Assembly (NCBI GenBank): GCA_900753975.1 | Contig: CAAEBC010000013.1 | Span: forward strand, 33,855-73,854 | DNA from: Clostridia bacterium | Lineage (GTDB): Bacteria; Bacillota; Clostridia; TANB77; UBA1234 | Reading direction: 5' to 3' | Length of the DNA stretch: 40,000 nucleotides | In this document: one piece after another, positions 1 through 9,935 of the stretch | Layout of the letters: every line of letters begins with the position of its first letter | How positions within the stretch are numbered: position 1 is the first letter of the stretch | Notes under the pieces: generated by a model | The model's input: only the letters and a program-made list of their open reading frames with translations | What the model was told of the DNA's origin: nothing | The model's database searches: none | Position numbers and translations under genes: made by a program

Positions 1-1830
1 AACAAAATTAACGTTTATAATGCTTCAAACTACATGACTTTAGACAACATAGCTAGAAAAAATTTAGAACTTACAGAAACACTTAGAGATAAAAATAAAA
101 AAGGAAGCTTACTTTGGGTATTAGATAAAACTTCTACTTCAATGGGTGGAAGAAACTTAAGACGTTGGATAGAAAAGCCTTTGATGGATATTGGAGATAT
201 TCATAAACGTTTGCAAGCTGTAAAAGAATTAAAAGAAGACGTTATATTAAGAAGTGACATATCAGAAACATTAAAAAAAGTTTATGATATAGAAAGACTA
301 ACTGGTAAGATAGCTTATGGAAGTGTAAATGCGAGAGATATGATTTCTTTAAAAACATCACTTATGCAATTACCTGCGTTAAAAGAGTTAATGAAAGATA
401 GAGCATCGGATTTATTAAAAGAACTTTATGACGAATTAGATGTTTTAGAAGATGTAGCAAAACTTATTGAAGATGCTATAGTAGATGATCCACCTGTTTC
501 TGTTAAAGAGGGAGGAATAATTAAATCTACTTACGACGAAGAAGTTAATAAACTTCGCACGGCTTCGACTGAAGGTAAGAATTGGGTTATTGCTATAGAA
601 AGTAAAGAAAGAGAAGCTACTGGAATTAAGAACTTAAAAGTTGGATATAACAAAGTATTTGGATATTATTTAGAAGTTTCTAAATCTTTTGTAAATATGG
701 TGCCAGATAGATTTATTAGAAAACAAACTTTGAGTACAGGAGAGCGTTATATAACGGACGAGCTTAAAGAAATAGAAAGTACAATACTTGGTGCTCAAGA
801 TAAAGTTGTTAATTTAGAATACGAGATTTTTACAAAGATAAGAGAGAAAATTGCTACACAAATAGAACGTTTGCAAATGAGTAGTAATGCTGTTGCTACT
901 ATTGATACACTTTGTTCTTTTGCAGAAGTTGCAGATTTGAATTCGTATGTTATGCCGGAAGTAGATGAATCAAATGATATTATAATAAAAGATGGCAGAC
1001 ATCCTGTAGTAGAAAGATTGATTGATTCCGGAAGTTTTGTTCCTAATGATACTTTTTTAAATACTACTGAAGATAGAATAAATATCATTACGGGACCTAA
1101 TATGGCTGGTAAGTCTACATACATGAGACAAGTAGCACAAATTGTTTTGATGGCTCAAATAGGCAGTTTCGTTCCTGCTAGTAGTGCGAAGATTGGTATT
1201 GTGGATAGAATATTTACCAGAGTTGGTGCTTCGGATGATTTATCTACCGGTCAATCAACATTTATGGTTGAGATGAACGAAGTTGCAAATATAGTTTTAA
1301 ATGCAACTCCAAGAAGTTTATTAATTTTAGATGAAATAGGAAGAGGAACTTCAACTTTTGATGGACTATCTATTGCTTGGGCTGTTGTAGAATATATTTC
1401 TAAAACAGAAAAAATAGGTGCAAGAACTTTGTTCGCGACACATTATCATGAACTAACAGAGCTTGAAGATAAGTTAGACGGAGTGAAAAATTATTGTATA
1501 GCTGTTAAGGAAAAAGGTGAAGATGTAATTTTCCTTCGTAAGATTATACGTGGCGGAGCAGACGAAAGCTACGGTATATACGTGGCAAAACTTGCCGGAA
1601 TTCCAAATGTAATAATCAAAAGAGCAAATGAAATTTTAAATGGATTAAAAGAAGGAAGTTACGCAATTTCACAAGTTAGAGAAAATAAAAATATAAAAAA
1701 TGTTTCTCAAGTAGATTTCTATAATTACAAACTTGGCGAAATAGAAAACGAACTTCAAAAGATAGATGTTAATGAATTGACACCTATTGATGCTTTAAAT
1801 ATTTTAGTAAAAATGAAAAGTAAATTGTAA
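1..1830 (+). CDS. mutS: DNA mismatch repair protein MutS, C-terminal ~610 aa (5' end outside window)
   Basis: Reading frame is open from nt 1 (no stop before the track ATG at 34), so the gene is cut by the window edge. MutS ATPase motifs GPNMAGKST (Walker A), STFMVEM, DEIGRGTSTFDG, THYHEL. Confidence 0.95.
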   Translation, partial: NKINVYNASNYMTLDNIARKNLELTETLRDKNKKGSLLWVLDKTSTSMGGRNLRRWIEKPLMDIGDIHKRLQAVKELKEDVILRSDISETLKKVYDIERLTGKIAYGSVNARDMISLKTSLMQLPALKELMKDRASDLLKELYDELDVLEDVAKLIEDAIVDDPPVSVKEGGIIKSTYDEEVNKLRTASTEGKNWVIAIESKEREATGIKNLKVGYNKVFGYYLEVSKSFVNMVPDRFIRKQTLSTGERYITDELKEIESTILGAQDKVVNLEYEIFTKIREKIATQIERLQMSSNAVATIDTLCSFAEVADLNSYVMPEVDESNDIIIKDGRHPVVERLIDSGSFVPNDTFLNTTEDRINIITGPNMAGKSTYMRQVAQIVLMAQIGSFVPASSAKIGIVDRIFTRVGASDDLSTGQSTFMVEMNEVANIVLNATPRSLLILDEIGRGTSTFDGLSIAWAVVEYISKTEKIGARTLFATHYHELTELEDKLDGVKNYCIAVKEKGEDVIFLRKIIRGGADESYGIYVAKLAGIPNVIIKRANEILNGLKEGSYAISQVRENKNIKNVSQVDFYNYKLGEIENELQKIDVNELTPIDALNILVKMKSKL

Positions 1831-1848
1831 TTAAAGGAGGAGAATTTT

Positions 1849-3858
1849 ATGGGTAGCATTGTTTTATTAGACGATTTAACGATAAATCAGATTGCAGCAG
1901 GCGAAGTTATAGAAAGACCAGCAAATGTAGTAAAAGAACTTGTTGAGAATTCTATTGATGCGGGTGCAACGTCTATAAATGTTGAAATAGAAAATGGTGG
2001 AATATCGCTTATAAGAATAACAGACAATGGCAAAGGTATAGCAGCAGATGATGTAGAGATAGCTTTTGAACGACATGCTACAAGTAAAATTCGAAGTGCC
2101 AAAGATCTTATAAAAGTTTCTACTATGGGGTTTAGAGGTGAGGCTTTAGCAAGTATAGCAGCTATTGCAAAAGTAGAACTTGTTACAAAAACAAAAGATG
2201 CAGAGATGGGAACGAGAATTATTGTAGAGGGAGGAGACGTAGTTTTAAAAGAAGAGTGCGGAGCTCCAAACGGTACGACAATAACAGTTAGAGAATTGTT
2301 TTTTAACACTCCTGTTAGATATAAATTTTTAAAGAAAGATTTTACTGAAGGAGGATATATTGAAACAGCTCTTGAAAGAATCTCACTTATAAATCCAGAA
2401 ATATCTTTTAGACTAATTAGTAACAAAAAACAAATTTTGCAGACAAGTGGAAACGGAGATATGAAAACTGTTGTGTTTAATATTTTTGGAAAAGATGTTT
2501 CGCAAAATATTGTTGATTTAAATTTTGAATATGAGGGAATAGAGGTTACTGGTGTTGCTGGAAAACCAGAGATAGCAAGATCAAACAGAAGTAATCAACT
2601 TTTCTATGTTAATGGTAGATTTATAAAAGATAAAACTTTATCTGCCGCAACAGAAGAGGCATATAGAACTTTGGTACCACAAGGTAAGTTTTGTTTTTGC
2701 ATAGTAAATGTAAATATGAATCCAGAAATGGTAGATGTCAATGTTCATCCTGCTAAGCTAGAAGTTAGATTTACTGAAGAGGGAAAAGTTTTTAAAGCTG
2801 TTTATCATGCAGTTAGAAATGCACTTTTAGGAAATGATTTGATAAAAGACGAATCTGCAGACGAAAAACCAATCGTTAGAGAAAACGCAGTAACTAATGA
2901 GACACCAGTGAAGAAAGGCTTGTTTGAAATCTTTAGAGGCGGTAAGTCAAATGAGAAAAAAGAAGAAAATACTAATCTAAGAACTATGAATATAGAAGTA
3001 ACCAAAAAAGAAAATGATGATACTTTTATTTCAAAGATGATGACTAAAGGTAGACAAGAAAATACGGAGGCAAGTGAAGAACATTTAGATAACAAAGATA
3101 CGGTTAGTGAACTAACTGTTAGGGAACAAACTAACAATTATAATGTTAACGATGAAGAAAATGAAATAGTTACAAATAATAAAGTTAAAGATATAGTAGA
3201 TGCATATAACGAAAAAGAATCATCAGAGCAAAAGCAAGTGCCAATGTTTTACGAACAAGACTTTATAGAAAAAGTAGAGTTGCCAGAATATCAAATTTTA
3301 GGAGTGGCATTTAATACATACATACTTTTGCAATTAGATGATGACATATATATTTTGGATCAACATGCTGCACATGAAAGGGTTTTGTATGAAAAAGTAA
3401 AACAAAATTTTTATAAAGATGGTGGCAAAGAGGTTCAAATGTTACTTCTGCCAGATGTAATAGATTTACCAAAAAAAGATATGAGACTAGTTCATGATAA
3501 TCTGAAATTGTTTGAACAATCTGGATTTGATATAGAAGAATTTGGTGAGAATACGATAAAGATTAATGGTGTTCCAGTAATTTGTTATGAGATGGATACA
3601 AAGGATTTATTTTTAGATATTATAGATGGACTTGATATAACAAATAGAACAAATAAACAAGATATAGAAGAAAAATTTATTTCTACTGTTGCTTGCAAGG
3701 CTGCAGTTAAAGCAAACATGTACTTAGATGAGAGAGAAATAAGAGGACTTTTAGATGAATTACTTCTTTTAGAAAATCCTTTTACATGTCCTCACGGAAG
3801 ACCAACAGCAATAAGAATTACAAAAACAGAAATAGAGAAAAAATTTGGGAGAAGATAA
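1849..3858 (+). CDS. mutL: DNA mismatch repair endonuclease MutL
   Basis: RBS aaggagg at 1834-1840. GHKL ATPase N-terminus (ELVENSIDAGA, DNGKGI), long low-complexity linker, C-terminal endonuclease motif DQHAAHERVLYE and CPHGRP. Confidence 0.95.
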   Translation: MGSIVLLDDLTINQIAAGEVIERPANVVKELVENSIDAGATSINVEIENGGISLIRITDNGKGIAADDVEIAFERHATSKIRSAKDLIKVSTMGFRGEALASIAAIAKVELVTKTKDAEMGTRIIVEGGDVVLKEECGAPNGTTITVRELFFNTPVRYKFLKKDFTEGGYIETALERISLINPEISFRLISNKKQILQTSGNGDMKTVVFNIFGKDVSQNIVDLNFEYEGIEVTGVAGKPEIARSNRSNQLFYVNGRFIKDKTLSAATEEAYRTLVPQGKFCFCIVNVNMNPEMVDVNVHPAKLEVRFTEEGKVFKAVYHAVRNALLGNDLIKDESADEKPIVRENAVTNETPVKKGLFEIFRGGKSNEKKEENTNLRTMNIEVTKKENDDTFISKMMTKGRQENTEASEEHLDNKDTVSELTVREQTNNYNVNDEENEIVTNNKVKDIVDAYNEKESSEQKQVPMFYEQDFIEKVELPEYQILGVAFNTYILLQLDDDIYILDQHAAHERVLYEKVKQNFYKDGGKEVQMLLLPDVIDLPKKDMRLVHDNLKLFEQSGFDIEEFGENTIKINGVPVICYEMDTKDLFLDIIDGLDITNRTNKQDIEEKFISTVACKAAVKANMYLDEREIRGLLDELLLLENPFTCPHGRPTAIRITKTEIEKKFGRR

Positions 3859-3860
3859 TT

Positions 3861-4769
3861 ATGAAACCAAAAGTAGTGGTTATAGTAGGACCTACAGCAT
3901 CTGGAAAAACAGCTGTGTCTATTGAACTTGCTAAAAAAATAAATGGAGAAATAATCTCGGCAGATTCTATGCAAATATATAAATATATGGATATTGGTAC
4001 AGCAAAGCCAACTTTAGATGAAATGCAAGGCATTAAGCATTATATGTTAGATGTGGTTATGCCGGATGAAACTTTTAATGTTGCAAAATATAAAAGTATG
4101 GCTGAAAGTGCGATAGAGGAAATCTTGAAAAAAGGTAAAGTGCCTATCATAGTTGGAGGAACTGGACTATATATAAATACTTTAGTAGATGGTATTGAAT
4201 TTGCAGATGTTCCTGGCGATGAAGAATACAGAAACGAATTAATTGAAAAGGGCTATCGTGAAGGAGCTATGTCGATTTATAAAGAACTTGAAAAAGTTGA
4301 TAGTGAGTCAGCAAAAAAAATTGATCCGAATAATATTAGAAGAGTAGCAAGAGCACTTGAAATATATAAAGTTACAGGGAAAACAAAAACCCAGCTAGAC
4401 ATTGAATCGAGAAAAGAAGTAAAATATGACTATAGACTTTTTGGTATGGAATGGGATCGTGAAACTTTATATAATAGAATTGATTTAAGAGTAGATAAAA
4501 TGATTGAGGCAGGTCTTATTGATGAAGTAAGAAATGTAACAGAAAAGTTTAAGATATCTAATACAGCTGTTCAAGGTTTAGGATATAAGGAAGTTATAGA
4601 ATTTTTAAATGGTAATATTTCTTATGAAGAAATGATTGAAAAATTAAAATTGGAAACTAGACATTATGCAAAAAGACAACTTACTTGGTTTAGAAGAGAT
4701 AAAAGAATTAAATGGATTAAGCCAGATGAAAATGCGACTTGTGTAATTATTAATGAATTACAGGTTTAA
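3861..4769 (+). CDS. miaA: tRNA dimethylallyltransferase MiaA
   Basis: P-loop GPTASGKT and SADSMQIYKYMDIGTAKP. Start placed at ATG 3861, 2 nt after the mutL stop; the track ORF start at 3786 overlaps mutL and adds a non-homologous K/N-rich extension. Confidence 0.9.
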   Translation: MKPKVVVIVGPTASGKTAVSIELAKKINGEIISADSMQIYKYMDIGTAKPTLDEMQGIKHYMLDVVMPDETFNVAKYKSMAESAIEEILKKGKVPIIVGGTGLYINTLVDGIEFADVPGDEEYRNELIEKGYREGAMSIYKELEKVDSESAKKIDPNNIRRVARALEIYKVTGKTKTQLDIESRKEVKYDYRLFGMEWDRETLYNRIDLRVDKMIEAGLIDEVRNVTEKFKISNTAVQGLGYKEVIEFLNGNISYEEMIEKLKLETRHYAKRQLTWFRRDKRIKWIKPDENATCVIINELQV

Positions 4770-4782
4770 AAGGAGTATGTAA

Positions 4783-6042
4783 ATGCAAAAGAAAAAGGGA
4801 AGTAATTTGATATTTGTTTTGCTATCAATTATCATAATTGTGCTTATATTTCTTGCCGTGAATATAGTGCGCCTTTTTAATAAACCAATAGAAACGACAC
4901 TTGTAAAAAATGGCGAACTTATAAAATATGAAGAAGTTACAGGATATATTATAAGAGATGAAACAGTTATAGATTTGAGTAATTATGATGGTGTTATGCA
5001 GGTAGTTACAGAAGATTTAAATAAGGTTAGAGCGGGTGGCGTTATAGCAAATTTCGTTTCAAGTTCTGAAAAAGATTTGATGAAAAAGATAGAAGAACTT
5101 GATAAAAAAATAGAAGAAGCTATGGAGACACAGCAAACGATATATCCTAGTGATGTGAAGGCTTTGGATGCGAGTATCCAAGTAGAATTGTATGAGAATA
5201 TAAAAAATAATAATGACATTAATTCTATAAAAGAAAATAAATCAAAGGTAAATACAAGCATAAAAAAGAAGGCACAAATCGTTGGAGAGTTAAGTCCTGT
5301 TGGTTCGAAACTTAAAGAATTAATTAACGAAAGAAATGATTATGAGAAGCAAATAAATAATGGTAAGAAGGAATTAATATCACCTAGGTCTGGAATTGTC
5401 TCATATAGAGTTGATGGATATGAAAATAATTTTACTAAAGACAATATCTCTAAGATGACGTGGGGGGATTTGTCTAGCTATAAACTTAATAGCAATCAAA
5501 TGGTTCCAGTAAGCAATAAAAATGTTAAGGTGGTAAATAATTTTGAGTCATACATAGCTATTTTTATGAATTCACCTGAAAGTAAAAATGCTAATCTAAA
5601 TGATAAACTATACTTGAGGTTTCAAAACACAGGAGAGAATCTTATTCCTGCAAGCATAGAGTATATTTCAGAAGAAGCAGGTGGCAGACTGATTGTTTTA
5701 AAAATTCAAGAAAATAACGAAGAGCTTACTAAATATAGAAAGATAAATCTTGATGTGGTTTGGTGGAGTTATACTGGATTTAAATTGCATAAAAGTGTTA
5801 TTTCTCAAAAAGAGGTTACAAATGTAGCAGGACAATATATTACTACACTTAGCAGTGTTACTATTCCGAAGGCTGGTTATAACGAGACAGCTTATGTTAA
5901 AATCGTAAAAGAGTTTGGTGACTATGTTATTGTAGACAATTATACTGATAAAGAATACCTAGATATGGGATTTACAGAGGAAGATATTAAAAATTTTGTC
6001 ACAATAAAAATGTACACTGAGGTCTTAGTAAACGAACAATGA
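4783..6042 (+). CDS. membrane-anchored HlyD-family (membrane-fusion-like) coiled-coil protein
   Basis: N-terminal TM helix, barrel-sandwich-like segment (GELIKYEEVTGYI...VRAGGVIANF), K/E-rich coiled-coil stretch, then ISPRSGIVSY typical of the HlyD beta-barrel part. Function call is motif-level only. Confidence 0.5.
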   Translation: MQKKKGSNLIFVLLSIIIIVLIFLAVNIVRLFNKPIETTLVKNGELIKYEEVTGYIIRDETVIDLSNYDGVMQVVTEDLNKVRAGGVIANFVSSSEKDLMKKIEELDKKIEEAMETQQTIYPSDVKALDASIQVELYENIKNNNDINSIKENKSKVNTSIKKKAQIVGELSPVGSKLKELINERNDYEKQINNGKKELISPRSGIVSYRVDGYENNFTKDNISKMTWGDLSSYKLNSNQMVPVSNKNVKVVNNFESYIAIFMNSPESKNANLNDKLYLRFQNTGENLIPASIEYISEEAGGRLIVLKIQENNEELTKYRKINLDVVWWSYTGFKLHKSVISQKEVTNVAGQYITTLSSVTIPKAGYNETAYVKIVKEFGDYVIVDNYTDKEYLDMGFTEEDIKNFVTIKMYTEVLVNEQ

Positions 6043-6111
6043 CGACATTTGTCGATATGTTACAGATATGTTACAAAAACATTAAATTAACATTACAATA
6101 TAGCATTTTGG

Positions 6112-6139
6112 TTGAAATATTTTTGGGTTTTGGTATAAA
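6112..6139 (+). promoter_or_regulatory. candidate sigma-A promoter for sepF-divIVA (TTGAAA-N16-TGgTATAAA)
   Basis: ttgaaa at 6112-6117 and tataaa at 6134-6139, preceded by tg at 6131-6132 (extended -10). Lies about 50 nt upstream of the sepF RBS. Confidence 0.4.
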
Positions 6140-6187
6140 ATGGTTCTGTACAAAAGATAAACTAGAATGTTTTAGGAGGGTATTTCA

Positions 6188-6646
6188 ATGGGAAATAAAT
6201 TTATGAATAAAGTATGGGGGATGTTAGGTGTAGAAAGTGATGATGATTACTATGACGATTACGATTCTACTGCTAACAATAATATAGATGACAAAGGTAC
6301 AAGCCTAACTACAACAAACAACAACAAGAAAAACAAAGTTGTTGGTATGCCAGGAATGCAACAAGTAAAGGTCATTATCTCACAACCTAGTACTTTTGAA
6401 CAATCTGAAGAAATTTGTGAACATTTGAAAGAGAAAAAGTCAATAATTGTTAATTTAGAATATGTTAATAAGGACGTTGCAAGAAGAATAGTGGATTTCA
6501 TTAGTGGAGCCGTTTATGGATTAGATGGTAACATTCAAAAGATATCAAATTCTATTTTCCTAGTAGCACCATTTAACTATGAAATTACAAATGAGGTAAT
6601 GAAAGAAGATATTAAAAACAAATTATCTGTATCTTGGATAAAGTAG
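6188..6646 (+). CDS. sepF: cell division protein SepF
   Basis: RBS aggaggg at 6174-6180. Acidic/N-rich linker followed by the conserved SepF/DUF552 core (VKVIISQPSTFEQSEEICEHLKEKKSIIVNLEYV...ARRIVDFISGAVYGLDG...IFLVAP). Confidence 0.85.
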   Translation: MGNKFMNKVWGMLGVESDDDYYDDYDSTANNNIDDKGTSLTTTNNNKKNKVVGMPGMQQVKVIISQPSTFEQSEEICEHLKEKKSIIVNLEYVNKDVARRIVDFISGAVYGLDGNIQKISNSIFLVAPFNYEITNEVMKEDIKNKLSVSWIK

Positions 6647-6674
6647 TAGATAATATTTTTAAGGAGGAGGTAGC

Positions 6675-7136
6675 ATGTTAACTCCATTAGACATTGAAAA
6701 CAAAACTTTTAATAAACAAATAATGAGTGGATATAGTGTAGACGAAGTACAAAACTTTATGAATGAACTACTTAAGGACTATGAGAAACTATATAAAGAG
6801 AATATCGAATATAAGGATAAAATTGACATGCTAAATCAAGGAATTCAGCATTATAAGTCAATCGAAGATACTTTGCAAAATGCACTTGTTGTCGCTCAAG
6901 GAACAGCTGAGAGTGTTAAGCAAAATGCAAAAGCAGAGGCTGATAATATAATAAAAGAAGCTGAATTAAATGCTTTAAAATCAGTTGATGATATTAATAA
7001 GCAAGTTGTAGAAAAAAGGCTTCAATTAGATGAGACTAAAAAACAATTTGACGTGTATAAAGCCAAGATGGAAGCACTTTTGATTTCACAACTTGAGATA
7101 TTAAAAGAAGTTAATAGAAATGAAAATAAAGAATAG
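6675..7136 (+). CDS. divIVA: DivIVA-domain cell division/polarity protein
   Basis: Canonical DivIVA N-terminus MLTPLDIENKTFNKQIMSGYSVDEVQNFMNEL followed by coiled coil. RBS aaggaggagg upstream. Synteny with sepF. Confidence 0.85.
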   Translation: MLTPLDIENKTFNKQIMSGYSVDEVQNFMNELLKDYEKLYKENIEYKDKIDMLNQGIQHYKSIEDTLQNALVVAQGTAESVKQNAKAEADNIIKEAELNALKSVDDINKQVVEKRLQLDETKKQFDVYKAKMEALLISQLEILKEVNRNENKE

Positions 7137-7246
7137 ACGTCCAAAAGGGCGTTTATTTTTATGGTGAATTTTAAGTTAAAAATATTGACATGATATGTTA
7201 TATGAAATAAACTCAAAATGTAATTTTTTTAAGAGGAGAGTGTGTG

Positions 7247-8137
7247 ATGAGTAAAATAACATTAACAGCCAAAGAGCAAAAAAGAAAAAAAGAAAAACAA
7301 ATTAAGGTGACAGTTGCTCTTATGATAATACTTTTACTAACGGTTTTAGCTATTTGGTATTTTGTTTTTTATGAGCCAGGTAATATAAATGCTATATCTG
7401 GAGAATCAAGACATAATGCAATAGATTGGTTAAATCCATCTAAGAATGAAAATGATAGTGGAGATGATGTTGTGAAAAATGAAGACAAAAATAGATACGC
7501 AAATGTAAAGAAAAATCCAGTTGTAACTATGGAAATGATGAGTGGCGAGATTATAAAGATTGAGTTATATCCTAAGATTGCACCGACTACTGTAGAAAAC
7601 TTTATATCGTTAGTTAAGAGCGAATTTTATGATGGACTTACATTCCATAGATTGATACCTGATTTTATGGCACAAGGCGGAGACCCTAGTGGAGATGGAA
7701 CAGGTGGACCTGGCTATTCGATATATGGCGAGTTCTCTGAAAATGGTTTTGAAAACAGTTTGAAACATGAAATAGGGGTTATCTCTATGGCTAGAGCAAA
7801 TGATCCTGATTCGGCCGGTTCACAGTTTTTTATAGTAACAAATGAAAATTCTTATTTAAGCTTAGATGGTAAATACGCTGGTTTTGGTAAGGTTATTGAA
7901 GGAATGGATACTGTTTATAAAATAGTTAATACAGAAACTAAGAGGAGTGATTATTCAGAAGAGCTTATGAATGCAATAAATGCTGCTGGTGGTCAAATTA
8001 CAACAGAAGAGTTATATTATAAATATATGGATGAAACGACAGAAATGTCTACACCAAAAAATGCACCAACAATAAAGAGAATGACAGTAGAAACTTTTGG
8101 TGAAACATATGCTGAACCTACTAAAATCAAAGACTGA
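7247..8137 (+). CDS. membrane-anchored cyclophilin-type peptidyl-prolyl cis-trans isomerase
   Basis: N-terminal TM anchor. Cyclophilin core FHRLIPDFMAQGGDPSGDGTGGPGY...GVISMARANDPDSAGSQFFI. RBS aagaggagag at 7231-7240 favours ATG 7247 over the GTG at 7244. Confidence 0.85.
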   Translation: MSKITLTAKEQKRKKEKQIKVTVALMIILLLTVLAIWYFVFYEPGNINAISGESRHNAIDWLNPSKNENDSGDDVVKNEDKNRYANVKKNPVVTMEMMSGEIIKIELYPKIAPTTVENFISLVKSEFYDGLTFHRLIPDFMAQGGDPSGDGTGGPGYSIYGEFSENGFENSLKHEIGVISMARANDPDSAGSQFFIVTNENSYLSLDGKYAGFGKVIEGMDTVYKIVNTETKRSDYSEELMNAINAAGGQITTEELYYKYMDETTEMSTPKNAPTIKRMTVETFGETYAEPTKIKD

Positions 8138-8185
8138 GAAAAAGGGACGGAGAAAAATGAGAATTTTCCTCCGTCCCCTTTTCTC
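8136..8185. terminator. bidirectional intrinsic terminator shared by convergent genes
   Basis: Long hairpin: gggacggag (8144-8152) pairs with ctccgtccc (8169-8177), with A/T extensions on both sides. The stop codons of both flanking genes sit in the stem base. Confidence 0.8.
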
Positions 8186-9140
8186 ATTTTAAATTGTCTA
8201 TAGTTGTGTCAATTATCCTGTTTACAGCTTCGATACTGTTGAAAGCATTGTGTGGAGTTAGAACTACGTTTTCGTTATCTAGTAATTTCTTGCTTGCAAC
8301 AATTAGTTTAGCTGCTTTTTCAATAGGAGAATTGAAGATGTTTTCTTCGACTAATAATTCTTCTCCTTCGATAACGTCTAAGCCTGCACCAGATAAGGTT
8401 TTATTGTCTAAAGCTTTTAAAAGTGCATCGGTATCTACTAGTCCACCACGAGCTGTGTTTATAAGAAGAGCTCCTTTTTTAAATAATTTTAACGAGTCTT
8501 CGTTTATTATATGTTCTGTATATTTGTTAAGTGGCACATGTAAAGAAACGATATCAGATGTCTTTAAAAGTTCTTCTAAGCTTACATATTTAAAATTTAT
8601 TAACTCTGCTAAAAATGTGTCTTGATGTATATCATATACACGCACGTGCATTCCAAAACTTTTGGCAATCCTTGCAACGTGTAGCCCAATTCTACCACCA
8701 CCTATGATACCGATTGTTTTATCTTTTAAATCAAAACCTTGTAAGCCATCTGTTGTAAAACTTCCTTGAATTGAACGAACATAAGACATGTGTATCTTTC
8801 TTGATAGTGAAAGAATTAAAGCAAATGTATGCTCGGCAACTGTATTCTCACCATAAAATGGTACATTTTTAATTGCTATATTTTTTTCTTTACAATATTC
8901 TGCATCGATATGATCTGTTCCTGTTGAACGAGTACAGATTAATTTTAAATTTGGAAGGCTTTCAAGTAGTTCTTTTGTAAGTTCAGAATGTACGAAAACG
9001 CATAACGTTTCGACATCTTTAAACTTTTCTACTTCCACATTTTGTATTGTATCTTCAAAAAATACAGTTTCATCAGTTCCAAAAGCATCAATAAATTTTT
9101 GTTTCTCAAAATCAGTTATTTCAAAAAAAGCAATTTTCAT
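8184..9140 (-). CDS. D-isomer-specific 2-hydroxyacid dehydrogenase family protein (NAD-binding)
   Basis: GIIGGGRIGLHVARIAKSFGMHVRVYD Rossmann motif, catalytic-domain pattern NTARGGLVD...LDV...E...P..TPH. Confidence 0.8.
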   Translation of the reverse strand: MKIAFFEITDFEKQKFIDAFGTDETVFFEDTIQNVEVEKFKDVETLCVFVHSELTKELLESLPNLKLICTRSTGTDHIDAEYCKEKNIAIKNVPFYGENTVAEHTFALILSLSRKIHMSYVRSIQGSFTTDGLQGFDLKDKTIGIIGGGRIGLHVARIAKSFGMHVRVYDIHQDTFLAELINFKYVSLEELLKTSDIVSLHVPLNKYTEHIINEDSLKLFKKGALLINTARGGLVDTDALLKALDNKTLSGAGLDVIEGEELLVEENIFNSPIEKAAKLIVASKKLLDNENVVLTPHNAFNSIEAVNRIIDTTIDNLK

Positions 9141-9204
9141 AGTACACCTCCTAAATAGTATTATAACAAAATAGTGAAAGTATGCAAATATTTGTTATTG
9201 TTCG

Positions 9205-9234
9205 CTTGACAAGAACGAATGTTTATTTTAAGAT
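9205..9234 (+). promoter_or_regulatory. candidate ruvA promoter (TTGACA-N18-TAAGAT) with an embedded LexA/Cheo-box-like site GAACgaatGTTT
   Basis: ttgaca at 9205-9210 and taagat at 9229-9234. agaacgaatgttta (9212-9225) fits the Firmicute SOS box CGAAC-N4-GTTCG apart from the flanking bases and the final half-site base. Confidence 0.35.
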
Positions 9235-9275
9235 TTTATGTGTGAGAAAAATTTGAATATAAAAAGGAGAATAAG

Positions 9276-9878
9276 ATGTTTGCATATATAAAAGGCACTT
9301 TAGAGATTAAAGGAAATGACTATGTTGTTGTCGATGTAATGGGAGTTGGTTATAAAATTTTTATGCCATCGACTACAATTAATAAATTAGGAGAAATTGG
9401 AGATACCGTTAAAGTTCATACGCATTATCATGTTAGGGAAGATGAAATAAGTTTATATGGCTTTGCAACGATAGAAGAGCTTAGGATGTTTGAACTTTTA
9501 ATAAGTGTAAGTGGTGTTGGAGCTAAATCTGCAAATACGATTTTAGCGAATATAACACCGTCAAATTTCGCTTTAGCAGTTATAACAAATAATATTAAAG
9601 AGCTAACAAAATTACCAGGAATAGGGGCAAAATCAGCTCAAAGAATAATACTTGAATTAAAGGACAAATTAAAGACAGAAGAAGCGATTGCATCGGTAGA
9701 TAATGAAATACAAGAAGTAATTGCAAAAGAAGGAAATGCTCATGAAGCTATTAGTGCTCTTCAAGTTTTAGGATATCCTGTAAAAGATGCAACTCGAGCC
9801 GTTACTTCTTTTGATAGTACGGATATGGAAGTAGAAGAAATAATTAAAAAGGCATTAGCATATTTTGCTAAAAAATAA
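9276..9878 (+). CDS. ruvA: Holliday junction DNA helicase subunit RuvA
   Basis: MFAYIKGTL...VVDVMGVGYKIF N-terminal OB domain, two HhH motifs (LISVSGVGAKSA, LTKLPGIGAKSAQRI), C-terminal domain III. Confidence 0.9.
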   Translation: MFAYIKGTLEIKGNDYVVVDVMGVGYKIFMPSTTINKLGEIGDTVKVHTHYHVREDEISLYGFATIEELRMFELLISVSGVGAKSANTILANITPSNFALAVITNNIKELTKLPGIGAKSAQRIILELKDKLKTEEAIASVDNEIQEVIAKEGNAHEAISALQVLGYPVKDATRAVTSFDSTDMEVEEIIKKALAYFAKK

Positions 9879-9935
9879 TATACAGAATTAATTATTCATT
9901 TGACTGTAAATGCATAGTTAAAAGAAAGGAACGAT

